From: Utricularia gibba
Taxonomy: Eukaryota; Plantae; Magnoliophyta
Assembly: GCA_002189035.1 (NCBI GenBank)
Contig: NEEC01000009.1
Span: 3,162,001 to 3,226,000, forward strand
Length of the DNA stretch: 64,000 nt
Direction: 5' to 3'
Shown: piece by piece, positions 48,322-62,772 of the stretch
Position numbering within the stretch: the first letter of the stretch is position 1
How the letters are laid out: the number at the start of each line of letters is the position of its first letter
Made by a program: the position numbers and the translations under genes
The notes under the pieces: generated by a model
What the model was told of the DNA's origin: nothing
The model's database searches: none
What the model saw: the letters and a program-made list of their open reading frames with translations, nothing else

Positions 48322-49524
48322 GCTACTTGTGCCGTGGGATTGCCTCTGATTTCTCCGAGCGGGGGGCCGTGTTGGTGTTTTGTACTATATCATTTGTTCC
48401 AAGAAAGCGATTTTCCAAGGCCTCATTTTTTTGACAATAGTTCCAAATGCAAACCCGCTTTCGGACATGACAACTAACTAATTACTGTCAACAAACCAAT
48501 TAATTGGTCCTCGTCCTTTGCGTCTATCGAGAAACATCGATTAATTGCGTCATAAATAACATAAATTACTACTACAATACATTGCATACATACTCCCGAT
48601 TCAAATAAATTTAAAATATTAATTAATAATAATCTAAATTTATAATTTTCATATTTTTTTGAAAAATGTCAAAAAGATGGAAAAAAACCCGTTTATGATT
48701 TAAAAATGATTTGGATTAAAAAAACCCGGTTCGGGTTACGTCTCAAGGTGTGTATTAGATTTTGGAGAAGAAGAAAAGTATTGCAAATCATAGAGCAAGC
48801 AAAGAACATTATTGGTGATGTTTGTGTGCTATGATCTGGACGGGTATCCGTCTGCAACCTGATTAAATCAGGCAACCATATAACTATTATGCACTCCCAC
48901 TGGATGGTAATGCGGTGGGGGCCCACTATCTTTTCAAAATTGCATACCGACCCCTTCTTTTTGAATAATCTCATTCTTCGCCGTTGGTGGGCAACTTTGT
49001 ATAACCGTTTCTCCCGCGTGTGGATGGGGATGCCGAAGCCGGAAAGGTTGAAAAAATAGCATGTGCCATTATATTTAATGTTTTAATTTGGTACAAATGG
49101 TCAATTTGTTCATTTAATGCTTTAATTAATTATATAAAATATTTCAATTTTGTAATCAAAGTTAAATATTTTTTAATTGTTTATTATTAAAAATAAAAAA
49201 TGTCTGATCAAAACAAATTGTAAAAAATGTTTCCAGTTATTTTACGGAAAATGAGGTGGCGGGTCAACTTCATCGTCATGACCAATAGCGGAGGACCATT
49301 GAGGACCGCGAGATCCTCAGATTGATTTTCTGAGTTGATCGTGAAATTACTGGGAATCTTTCTGCGGAATCCTGGTACTGGGTCTGGGTTTTTACCGTCG
49401 TGGTAAAACTGTAAAGAAACGGGGAGGGGGGAGGGTGCGGAAACTAGGCGCAAAGCATTTTGCCTTTTTCTGGATGAGATGAGGGCAGCCACCCGAAATC
49501 CTCATCACCTATCAACTTCCTTTC

Positions 49525-52358
49525 ATGGCGCTTCTTCTTTTCGCGGCTTCCAATTTTTCACCTAACATGCTGTTTTTCAACTCGACGCTCTGGAACTCAA
49601 ATTCGAATGCTTGCTTGGCTACCCCTTTTGGTAATCTAACTTATCGACAATCCACGAGTGTGATTTCTCCTGGGTTGAATCGTAATAGGGCGACCAACAA
49701 TGACGTCTCACAGGTTCGGTCTAATTTCAATGAATATGGTGATGTTGCGATGATGGGGATGCTCTTTTTGGTAGTGGGTGTCTGTAAATGTTTCGACTTT
49801 GTTATTCGAATTTGATAAGTCGGATGGGCTCGATTTGATGCGTTATTTGTGGTTGGTTCTAGCATTGTTTGTAAATACTGGGTGTCCCTTCGTGTAGTAG
49901 CTTGAAATTACCAAATGTGTTTCCAAAATCGTCTTGGTTCTTCTCAAAGGTCGCTCTTTCATACAGGAGTCGGTTGATGAAGACAGTCATGAGTCCCTGT
50001 CTGGATCACGAGTGGAAATTGGAAAACGGTCCATTGGTGGTGCAGTTGCTGCAGTTATCCTATGCATTCAACTCACTTCTCCTGTAGCTTTAACTGGTCA
50101 TGCCTTTTGGCATAATACTGCTGCCGAAGCAGTGTTATATTCCCCGGATGCTAAAATTCCTCGGACTGGAGAACTGGCTTTGAGACGAGCAATCCCTGCA
50201 AACACATATATGAAGGCCATAGAGGTTGAGTGACATTTATATGTAGAAATTGCAGCTTCTTTTGGGAAGAATGAACTGACAATTTTAGTCCGCCTGAAGG
50301 ATTCTCTTGAGGAAATAGCCTACTTGCTCAGAATCCCCCAGAGGAAACCCTATGGCACCATGGAGGGAAATGTCAAAAAAGCTCTAAAGGTATAATGTAT
50401 GTAGATGTTCTCTATTGCTTTTATAAGTTCTGGTTACTGGAGAGCACGAGCTTGCTGGTAGTTCTTGGAAATCCCTTTGTATTTTATTAGCCCTCGATCT
50501 TTATCGCACCTTGTTGCAGTGGTTTTAGTTTTCTCTGTTTCTTCATTTTCAGATCAGCCTGGACAAAAAAGAATCAATATTGTCCAGTGTGCCAGTGGAC
50601 TTGAGGGAAAGGGGTTCACTCATTTATGAATCTCTAACGAATGGGAAGGTACTTAGCATTCCGTACAAAAACGTGCAGTTCCTTTCCTAGTGCCTTAGTG
50701 GGCTTTATAGCAATCACTTTTTTCTGTAGTTACATTTCGGTGTTTCTTTCATTCGGGAATGATATTTTAGCTTGTCAGGATGGATTTAAAGGGCTTCTGG
50801 AAGCTATCAAGGAAAATGATCCCGACAAAGTGTCGGTTAGCCTGGCATCAGCTCTGAATATTGTTGCAGACTTGGAGTTGCTACAGGTATGCATAATCTA
50901 TTTCATAAAGCTTAATCAGAAGTTTGCTAGCATTAAGTTTTCCAGTGTTTCTGTGGTCTTAATCCTTGTGTTTCCATTGATCAATGTTAAGACCTGTTAA
51001 GTTGTTGTCAATAGGCTCCAGGATTGTCATTTCTGCTGCCAGAACAATACTCAAACTACCCCAGGTAGTATCTCTTATTCGGGACACTCGATCATCATCT
51101 CATTCCTCAATATTGCATGTTGGCTCTCGGTCACTCTATGTTATTTGATTCCGTTAACACTTTCCATAGGCTCACAGGGAGAGCAGTTGTTGAGTTTGAG
51201 ATTCAGAGGGGAGACGGATCCACATTTTCCCCTATATTTGGTGGTCAACCAAGAAATACTGCAACTATTCAGGTGTTGGAAATACCTGAACACACAAGAA
51301 TCAAATAGCTGATATTTTACAATGCACCACTGCTACATCAAGCTACAGTAGTAGTTCTTGTCTTCTACTTCTGGCTCACATAGCTCATATGCTGTGTTTT
51401 CAGGTCGTTGTGGATGGGTACTCAGCTCCACTCACTGCAGGGAATTTCACGAAACTGGTAAGGTATACCATTTGTTCATCAGACTCACTAATTTTTTGGT
51501 GTAAAAGACTTGAAAGCACCGCATTATCACATCATTCCATCTGATGTCCATCATTTCTATCGATCTCAAGCTTCTTTAACCAACTTTTGCGATCTCTTAA
51601 TGCATATGCTCTCTGTTGGTATCAATTCAGTTGCACCAGAGATTCTTATCTGGTGGATGCAGGTGGCTGATGGTGTTTACAATGGTGTGAAGCTCTACTC
51701 CACTGACCAAGCTATTCTATCAGATGGTGGGGCTGGAAAGGACCAGGGCATAAGCGTTCCCCTTGAAATAATGCCATCTGGCCAGTTCGAGCCGCTGTAT
51801 AAATCCACACTGAACGTCCAGGTTAGTGAAAGTAGGTGCTGTTTCATTGCATAAACTCGAATTCTGCACTCCTGTTCTTGATGAAAAGCCTTCATTTCTG
51901 AAGGATGGTGAGTTGCCTGTGCTTCCTCTTTCGGTCTATGGCGCATTTGTGATGGCTCACAGCGAGGTCTCCGATGAGTATTCTTCTCCAAACCAGTTCT
52001 TCTTCTATCTCTACGACAAGAGAAATGTGAGCATACATCATGAAACTACTTTACTTTTGACCACCATTGTTTTAATCCGATTCAACGCCATGCCATTTGC
52101 AGTCGGGTCTCGGAGGCCTATCCTTCGACGAGGGCCAGTTCTCAGTTCTCGGGTATGATGTGCTCTTGTTGAGTGCCTGAAAAGTTAAGTTGGATCCTTT
52201 GCCAGCTGAAGATTTGGCTCCATTCCGGGCTCTTGTTCTTTCTCAGGTACACAACCGTCGGGCGAGAGGTTCTGTCACAGATAAAAACCGGTGACGTGAT
52301 TCGGTCCGCAAGGCTGCTCGCCGGCGAAGATCGCCTTGTTCTGCCCAAGGAAAGCTAA
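49525..52358 (+). CDS. CYP37: Thylakoid lumen cyclophilin CYP37, about 12 exons
   Basis: Bipartite transit peptide, then VLYSPDAKIPRTGELALRRAIPAN, RIPQRKPYGTMEGNVKK, DGYSAPLTAGNF, VPLEIMPSGQFEPLY, GELPVLPLSVYG, QFFFYLYDKRN, SGLGGLSFDEGQFSVLG and GEDRLVLPKES*. Confidence 0.95.
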
Positions 52359-52816
52359 GGCCGGCTGGTTGTCCTCATTTTTTGTTCTCCATTCTTTTTC
52401 TCACATCCAGCATTTGCTCACAATATCGGCATTTCAACTCAGAAATGCACAGCCGACTGATTCCAGAGTCATCGTTATAAGACTGTACAAGTTACGACGA
52501 CATAATCCTCTGTCACAACAATAGAGAAGGAATTTCTGGTTGTAATAAAAGAAGACAAAATAGGAAGAAGACGAAGCGTGACGTTTCTGTGAGTGGCGAT
52601 GGAAGCGCCACGTGCATGATTCTCGTCTGGAAAATGAATATTTGAGGTCTTTGAAAATTATTCTTATTAGCTGGTCTTGGAAAAACCAAGAATTATCAGG
52701 AAAAGAAACTTCGACCAACACGACGGCGCCACGTGGAGACTCTGACTTGAATCTTCCTATGTAAAGATGCGCGAAGAGAAGAGAAAGAGAGATACACGAC
52801 GGCCGATTCACCGGCA

Positions 52817-54560
52817 ATGGCTACTGCAGCCTCCGCCGCGCCGCGGTCACTCCTTTCCACCTCCGGGTGCAAGCCCAACAACGCACACCTCCCCGTTTAT
52901 AGGATGGGCGTCTTCTCTAGAAATAATCGGAGGAAGATGCAACTTTTGCGTTTGGTGGGATTTGCAAGGGAGGGGCTGGATGCTGTCGATGTTGCCCCGT
53001 TCACAGCGAAGATGCTCTTGTTCAAAAGAACAGCGTTTTTCTTGTTGCGGAAGATGATGGGGTTGCAGCGGAGAAGGTTCTTGGGGGATTCGGCGTTGAG
53101 GCGACTTCTAGTGTGTTGTCGCTTGAGAGCGCTTCTGGGTTCTCGTCTGCCTCTAGATCAGGATCTGATGAGAAAGGTGAGGAGGATATGGGAAGGGCTA
53201 TTGATAGGGTCATCAACGCTGCTATTGTGTTAGCTGCTGGATCTTTCGCCATTACCAAGTTGCTTACAATTGATCATGATTACTGGCATGTAGGTTCTCT
53301 CTACCACTATGCTTCTTCATCCCCCCCACCCCCTTCGGGATTTCTTAACGCTTAATTTATTGTGATTTTCTGATCATATCTGGTAAAATTTTTGCTTTTC
53401 AATTAAGTTTCATGTTCGGATTTCCACTGCATCTTTACGTGTATCCTAGTACCGAGTTATTTGTGTGAATTAATGTATTACCTTTGTAGAGACACATCTC
53501 AATCTGTTCTGTATTGATTGTAGGGTTGGACCCTGTATGAGATCTTGAGATATGCACCCCAACATAACTGGAGTGCATATGAAGAAGCTCTAAAAACAAA
53601 TCCTATCTTGGCCAAAATGGTTATAAGCGGAGTAGTCTACTCACTGGGTGATTGGATAGCTCAGGTTGGTCTACTATATGCATGTACATGTTTTAATGTT
53701 GGTTGGTGATTTTCTCTGGTTGTGCTATAAGAAGTTTTGCTTTGGATTTGTAGTGTTATGAAGGCAAGCCTCTGTTTGAGTTTGATCGTGTACGAATGTT
53801 TCGCTCCGGTCTGGTTGGCTTTACGCTACATGGCTCCCTTTCACATTATTATTACCACTTCTGTGAGGTCATCGTTCAATCCCCATCACATGCTATGTTT
53901 GTTGCTTTTGAATGGATAATGAACCAGTTTTCATATTTTGATCCCCCAGGCTTTATTTCCTTTTGATGATTGGTGGGTGGTTCCAGTGAAAGTAGCCTTT
54001 GATCAGACAGCATGGTCTGCTCTCTGGAATAGCATCTACTACACCCTTTTAGGAGTTTTACGCTTCGAATCCCCCGTCACTATCTTCGCTGAACTGAGGG
54101 CTACGTTTTTTCCCATGCTAACTGTAACCTCTCCTGCCTCTCTTGCAACTTGTGCATCTTTGATAACATGAGAATGAAGCCCTTGTTGTTTCATCTGGTT
54201 CAGGCGGGGTGGAAGCTCTGGCCGTTTGCACATTTGATCACCTATGGTGTCATCCCTGTGGAGCAAAGACTTCTGTGGGTGGACTGCGTCGAACTCCTTT
54301 GGGTCACTATTCTCTCGACGTAAGCATATAACTAAACCAACCATCCCCAAGGCCTTCATCAAGATTGAGAGTATCTTCATGTTATTCCATTGCAGTTACT
54401 CGAATGAGAAATCTGAGGCGAGAGTCGAAGCAAACACAAGCTTGCCATCGTCTAAAGGCCCGTCTGAGGTATGCTATTCATTTTGTGTGGTTGAATCTTC
54501 ACGTGACAGTTCACATATACGCAGTTGTATAATGAGTCACTTTTGTATACGCAGCTCTGA
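52817..54560 (+). CDS. Mpv17/PMP22 family membrane protein, plastid-type; apparent -1 frameshift at 52995-52998
   Basis: DRVINAAIVLAAGSFAITKLLTIDHDYWH / GWTLYEILRYAPQHNWSAYEEALKTNP / ..FDQTAWSALWNSIYY / AGWKLWPFAHLITYGVIPVEQRLLWVD. The transit peptide frame joins only if the C4 run is C5 (DVAPVHSED). Confidence 0.92.
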
Positions 54561-54831
54561 GAGTATGTGGTCCTCTGGGGGAACAGAATGAATCAGATCA
54601 AGTGGGAACTTGTAAAGCAGTGGATTCCAAGAAGAGTGCAGAAAAATTTGTCAGTAGTTAGATAGAGAACCCCAAGTTTGTCTGGACTGTGAAGTTGATT
54701 CTTGATGGCATTGTAAATGTACGGTTGACACAAAAATCTCAACGCATCATTGTATTCAGGAGTGAATGGAAAATGTATTAGCTGAATCAGAAAGATTATT
54801 TACTAATACTATAGGACTCTGAAAGCAATCA

Positions 54832-54903
54832 GCGTTTGTAGTCCAACGGTTAGGATAATTGCCTTCCAAGCAATAGACCCGGGTTCGACTCCCGGCAAAC
54901 GCA
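54832..54903 (+). tRNA. trnG-TCC: tRNA-Gly (anticodon TCC), 72 nt
   Basis: GCGTTTG/CAAACGC acceptor stem, D arm, anticodon loop CTTCCAA, GTTCGACTCC T-arm B box. Oligo-T Pol III terminator about 15 nt downstream. Confidence 0.97.
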
Positions 54904-55456
54904 TGAAGTTTCTTGAATTTTTTCTCTGGTACTTGTTATCAAATGGAAAGCAATGGGATCAAATGAAATTTTTGGAATTCAGTAATTCATCTAAATTATG
55001 AGGAATATGTTGAGATAGGTAGAATATTGGATTTTCGTGTATTCTATCTCTTAAAAGAAGTTGGATTGATGGGATTTATTAAATACAAATTTTTAAAAGA
55101 AGAATTATTCAATTTCATCTATTGCAATATTTATCCCTGCATATAATTAAAATAAAAAGAGTTGGGCCCCAGAAATTGCATCTCCAAACTTCCATTCGCT
55201 CCTCCTCCAGCACTCAAGCAAGACCTGTTTCATGTGTATCGAGGCCAGGTCCACATGTCTGTCTACCTAACGGGGTAGATGGTTGGGTTAGTGGAGAAAG
55301 TGAGCCCTCGTTTACGGGCTGATGCAAAAGTTTCAGTTACCGGTTGGGTGATGGTCAACCACTTCGCTATCTGCGGTAGGTGATGCTCTGATTGGTGTCA
55401 GGGGATAAGGAGATAGATAAACTGCAGTTCTTGCTGGCGAACGGACCGACTGGGAA

Positions 55457-57805
<2,349 letters not shown>

Positions 57806-58898
57806 GTGATTCAGCGACCTTAGGCCTGGGTGTGAAAAGCAGTTACTATATCTGGATTGTTTGATTTGGACGGTAAAAAAACACGATATATAAATAGAAA
57901 TAAATCAACGAATCAAATATCGAAGGAAATACAAACATATGTATATAGAGTTACATACAATAGAAAAAATATTAATTAAATTGAATAATGTTTCTGAACC
58001 CAGGTGTTGGAAATAAATCCGATTGGGAAAGGTGTTTGCCTTGCCCCTCCGAAAGTCAGCGGCGGCGGCGTCTCCCAATCCTTCTCGGAACCACCGCGTC
58101 ATCTGCCGGCCGAGGGTTTCCTGTACGTTTCTGTGAAATTCATGAATTTTCGATCAGCGATGATCCCTATCGAGTTATATGTCTTTCCGCGATCCTGTGA
58201 TAAATTTTATGCAAATCTTTGTGGTTTCGTTCTTTTTTGTCGGCCGGAGTAATTTTATACGCTATTTCTACTTTGCTCTCCTCCTTAAATGGAATTTCTG
58301 GCTATTGGGATTTTTTTCCTTCTTTGAAATCCTGAATCGAGCCTGTGTTGCTTGACTGGAAGAGAGAGAAAACTGTAACATTTTAGAGCAAGCAATTCTG
58401 AGGCACATAGGAATGAGGATTAAGACCCAAAAGTCGGATTTTTTTTAAAATTTTAAATCGTGTAGAGATCATACAGAAGAGTTAAGGAGCTGAGCAAAGG
58501 ATATGTTGTGAGGCTTCAGGTTGGAATGTGGTTTCTTTTTTTCATACTCAACGTGAATAGTAAAGCCTTTTCTTTTGTTATTTTTCGTTTACGGTTTACA
58601 TGTGCGAAACCGTCTTTTGGGCATTTTGGTATGTTATCAAGGAACTGACATCTTGAATAAAAATTTTACCTTTTGGGCCTCGTGAATTTCTGGTCATTCC
58701 TACCTTGAATCAAATAATCAGGGATAGTGGTTTGTTTTGAGTTTGTGATACATGCACTTTTATGATGTTTTTGTATGGTGGGGTGTTTAGTGTTGTTCAC
58801 AGTGATTGCGTGAACTTGGTCTTGTGTTTCATGGATTTCATTTCAGAGATCCGCTTGATGTTACGCTAAATCCAGTCTGTCTATTTTTCCTCAGTTCT

Positions 58899-59666
58899 AT
58901 GGATTTTGAGATTGATGGTGATGTAAATGGTGAAGTTGTCGGAGGCTCTTCTAGTTATGGAAGAGTAGTTGATGATGATGATGATGCATTTGTCGGAAGT
59001 TCAGCTGGCGGTGTGCTTCAAGAAGAAATAGATGTCAAAGTTGATGATGATTCGTCTGACAGGGAATTGTTTCGACTTGATGAATTGCAAGCTGTTAACT
59101 ACCCAGCTTCAGCTGATGAGCCATATGTTGGCCAAGAGTTTGAGTCTGAAGCAGCAGCACACGCATTTTACAACTCCTATGCAACAAGGGTTGGTTTTAT
59201 CATCCGTGTTAGTAAGCTATCAAGATCAAGGCGTGACGGATCAGCCATTGGCCGTGCACTCGTTTGCAACAAAGAGGGGTTCAGAATGCCCGACAAGCGA
59301 GAGAAAATTGTGCGCCAAAGAGCTGAGACCAGGGTTGGATGCAGAGCCATGATTTTGGTTAGAAAAATAGGCTCTGGTAAATGGATTGTCACAAAGTTTG
59401 TGAAGGAGCACACACATCCCCTAACTCCTGGAAGGGGTAGAAAAGATCTGATCTATGATCAGTATCCCAACGAGCATGACAAGATTAGAGAGCTATCCCA
59501 ACAGTTGGCGATCGAGAAAAAGAGAGCTGCTACATACAAGAGGCACCTGGAGATGATCATTGAGCATATTGAGGAGCACAACCAATCCCTTGGGAAGAAA
59601 ATGCAAGATATTGTGAACAGTGTGAGAGAGATGGAATCACAAGAACGTCTGGGCTCCAGATACTGA
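58899..59666 (+). CDS. FAR1 DNA-binding-domain-only factor (FRF / FRS-related), intronless CDS
   Basis: EPYVGQEFESEAAAHAFYNSYATRVGF..CNKEGF..RVGCRAMI..W..EHTHPL (WRKY-GCM1 zinc finger), then coiled coil KIRELSQQLAIEKKR. A 5'UTR intron acceptor lies just upstream. Confidence 0.92.
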   Translation: MDFEIDGDVNGEVVGGSSSYGRVVDDDDDAFVGSSAGGVLQEEIDVKVDDDSSDRELFRLDELQAVNYPASADEPYVGQEFESEAAAHAFYNSYATRVGFIIRVSKLSRSRRDGSAIGRALVCNKEGFRMPDKREKIVRQRAETRVGCRAMILVRKIGSGKWIVTKFVKEHTHPLTPGRGRKDLIYDQYPNEHDKIRELSQQLAIEKKRAATYKRHLEMIIEHIEEHNQSLGKKMQDIVNSVREMESQERLGSRY

Positions 59667-59989
59667 TTTGTAGTTTCGGGATTCACATGATTTATGTAGA
59701 GAACTGGAAAGAAAGTTCAGAGTACTTGTCTCTCTTGGATTCCAGTGTGGGGATGGAGAAGGTTTCATCCCCTGCTACTCTGTAATTAATGTAGCTTTTT
59801 AGTCAGTGTTTACAAAATCCTTAGCCGGTCCAGTATAAAATAAATAGGAAAAGCCGAGCTGAACCCGGTTTTTAGTTCGGTTTAAAAAATCGCCTTGTAA
59901 TTAAAACCGAATCTAGAGGCTTTCTGGACAACGAAGAAGAAGCGCCCGTTTGCGTAGATACTTCGAAAGGCGATAACGGAGGATCCGAA

Positions 59990-61844
59990 ATGCCGATCGG
60001 CGATGCATTGTGCAAGTCGTCTTCTTCAAGCTCCGGCTCCACCAAGACGTGGATCATCCACGGAGTTGTTGCGGCGGCAGCGGCGGCCGCGGCACTTGGG
60101 GCTCATGTTTACATTTTTTCCCGTCGATCCAGAAATTTTCGGAGTAGGGTCATCGGAATTATCCCTGCTCGCTTCGCCTCCTCTCGTTTCGAGGGAAAGC
60201 CCCTTGTCCCGATTCTCGGCAAGCCAATGATCCAGGTACTGGGGGTGTTTTTCTTTCTATTCTTCGATTTTAGAGCATATTTACCAGTTTGGTATTTCTG
60301 GAAATGGGAAAATGTTTTTGAAAACCACTACACTTGTTTTTAATTTTTTACGAGACGAGGAAACTTGGTTTACTTCTGGAAACCGTTTTAAATATAATTT
60401 ATACTATTTGTTTTAATGTTATTTTAATATTATGATTTCCAGAAATTGATATAAATGTAAAGAAATCTTAATAAAGTAAACCCAATAACTCAATTTCCGG
60501 AAATGCTGATTGATATTGATAAAGATGCTCGTATGGAGGTCGTGCGAAGTTATTTTTTATGAGAGTGCCGCCATTCTCATTTCCGCTAACTATTGCCATT
60601 GGTTGCAGAGAACATGGGAAAGGGCTAAACTGGCCACCTCTCTGGATCAAGTAGGTATGTTTTCAGTAAGAGTGTAGGCTATGTATTTTATTGAGTGTTT
60701 CACGCTTACGCTGATCTCGTGGTGCTTTTTTATTCATTGATGTAGTTGTGGCGACAGACGACCACCGGATTGCTGAATGCTGCAGAGGATTTGGAGCGGA
60801 TGTGGTAATGACATCAGAGTCTTGTAGAAATGGTATGATCAAACTGAATAACAAATATGGATTTTTGTCGGTGCAATTTATCCTAAAAGTTTTCTTTTTT
60901 TTGTGAAATGTCTAGGCACTGAGAGGTGTAATGAAGCCCTTAAAAATCTTGGAAAACAGTACGATGTTGTTGTGAATATTCAAGGCGATGAACCACTTAT
61001 AGAACCTGAAGTCATTGATGGCATTGTCAAGGCCCTTCAGGTTTGCTTAATTTGCACTGATCCTGAGATTTTCAGTGCATTTTGTTATAATCCCGGTGTG
61101 TCCACATAGGCAGCTCCTGATGCAGTATTTAGCACTGCGGTTACTGCTTTGAAAGCTGAGGATGCATTTGACCCCAATAGAGTAAAATGCGTGGTGGATA
61201 ATCGTGGCTATGCAATTTATTTCTCCAGAGGGCTTATACCCTTCAACAAGTTGGTTCTTCACACCCAATTCACTTGTCATTCATAATATGTACGTTCACT
61301 TGAATCTGATATTGCATCATCAGATCAGGGAAAGTCAACCCTGGGTTTCCTTATTTGCTCCATCTAGGGATTCAGGTATGCAATGCATGTTCTATTTTTG
61401 TGAGACGAATCTGCTTCTATCATGGAAATTGTTGTGTATCCTGCAGAGCTTTGATACCAAGTTCCTCCAAATCTACTCTGAGCTGCAGCCAACACCACTT
61501 CAACTTGAAGAAGATCTCGAACAGCTTAAGGTCCTGGAGAATGGATATAAGATGAAGGTCAGCCTGCTGCTCCCTCAACTCAGCCCACTTGTTTGGCTCT
61601 TTCTTCAAAATGTGCTTTCTGCACAGGAGGATATTCCACTATAGAGAATTAGGGAATAGAATAGTTTTGCGCAATTTCACACCCTATAATTGGAGAGACG
61701 AACAAGTTCGGGTGTTGTGCTAATCTTTCTTCCTCCTGCTTTACTTCACAGGTGATCAAAGTCGACCACGATTCCCATGGTGTTGATGTCCCAGAAGACG
61801 TTGACAAAATAGAGAAGTATATCAAGGAAAACAACATGGAGTAG
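59990..61844 (+). CDS. KDSB: CMP-KDO synthetase (3-deoxy-manno-octulosonate cytidylyltransferase), 8 exons
   Basis: [68 protein letters not shown] and GVDVPED, with canonical junctions. Confidence 0.96.
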
Positions 61845-62772
61845 GGAGGCTCTCGACACAGTATGCTCTGTTCCCCCTGTTTCTTTGTAGCATGATTTGT
61901 CTGATAGTGTAAACTCCTGGGGAAAAACTGAAAACTACTTCAAAAACTCTTCTGTTGAGTAGCAAAAGGTTATGTGAAACGGTCAATAAAAACACAAAAA
62001 GTTGTGGATAATATAAAATATTGGCAAAACAAACCAAGTGCCATTTTTTTTTAAGAACTATTTTAATATTATCGGATTCGGGGTTCATTTTTTCCGCGAA
62101 GTTTCTGTCACCCTCCCCATCCCACCTGACAGTAACTGCGATTTTTTTCATTGAAACGCCGTAGCTTGAACATCTTCATTTCGTTAGGCTGAAGCGTCCA
62201 AGTCGCGTAACGGAAAGTAAACAAGATCTGGTGAGAAGCTCAAAAAGCCCTTGATTTTACGCGCACCAGGTCCGCAGTTTGCTTTACTTCGCACTTGTCG
62301 TGCGCGCAGTCAATTATGTTTGTTGCTGTAAAGGAGAGCAAAAGAGAGAACTAAAGATTCATCTCCTCCCTTTTTTTTTCACCCTGTCTCTACTCGGCGA
62401 ACAGTCCCATGCCCTAGATCCACTCATCTTAAACAAAATCCGTGTTTAGCTCACTGACATCTTCCATTGCTTCCTTTGAGTAGAGTAAGACAGGCCCTTT
62501 TCGATATTTGGCTGAGATTCCAGTGGAAAGGTCACTTTAGATGACTTTCTGAAGGTGCCCCACTCTTGAAAAAAAATAGTTTTCTTATCGCGGTATCTTG
62601 GGTACTCTGGTGGACGTTTTTCCAGCACAAATTTGTTTGGAGTTTCTTTTCGATAAATTGGAACCGTTTCTTGGTTGAAATTTTTCTCTTCTTGGAGGAA
62701 AAGATGAGTCGGCGGAAAGAGACGCGGATGAAATTGGACTTTGAGGGACGCTATTGAGACCTATGTAGTAGC

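Noticed and set aside
58899-59666. FAR1-domain gene as an active Mutator transposase
   Set aside because: It has only the DNA-binding domain and a coiled coil, with no MULE catalytic or SWIM domain and no TIRs. It is a domesticated FRF-type gene.
60290-60510. Partial inverted repeats in KDSB intron 1 and at 33630-33800
   Set aside because: Arms are short and AT-rich, with no TIR or TSD definable by eye.
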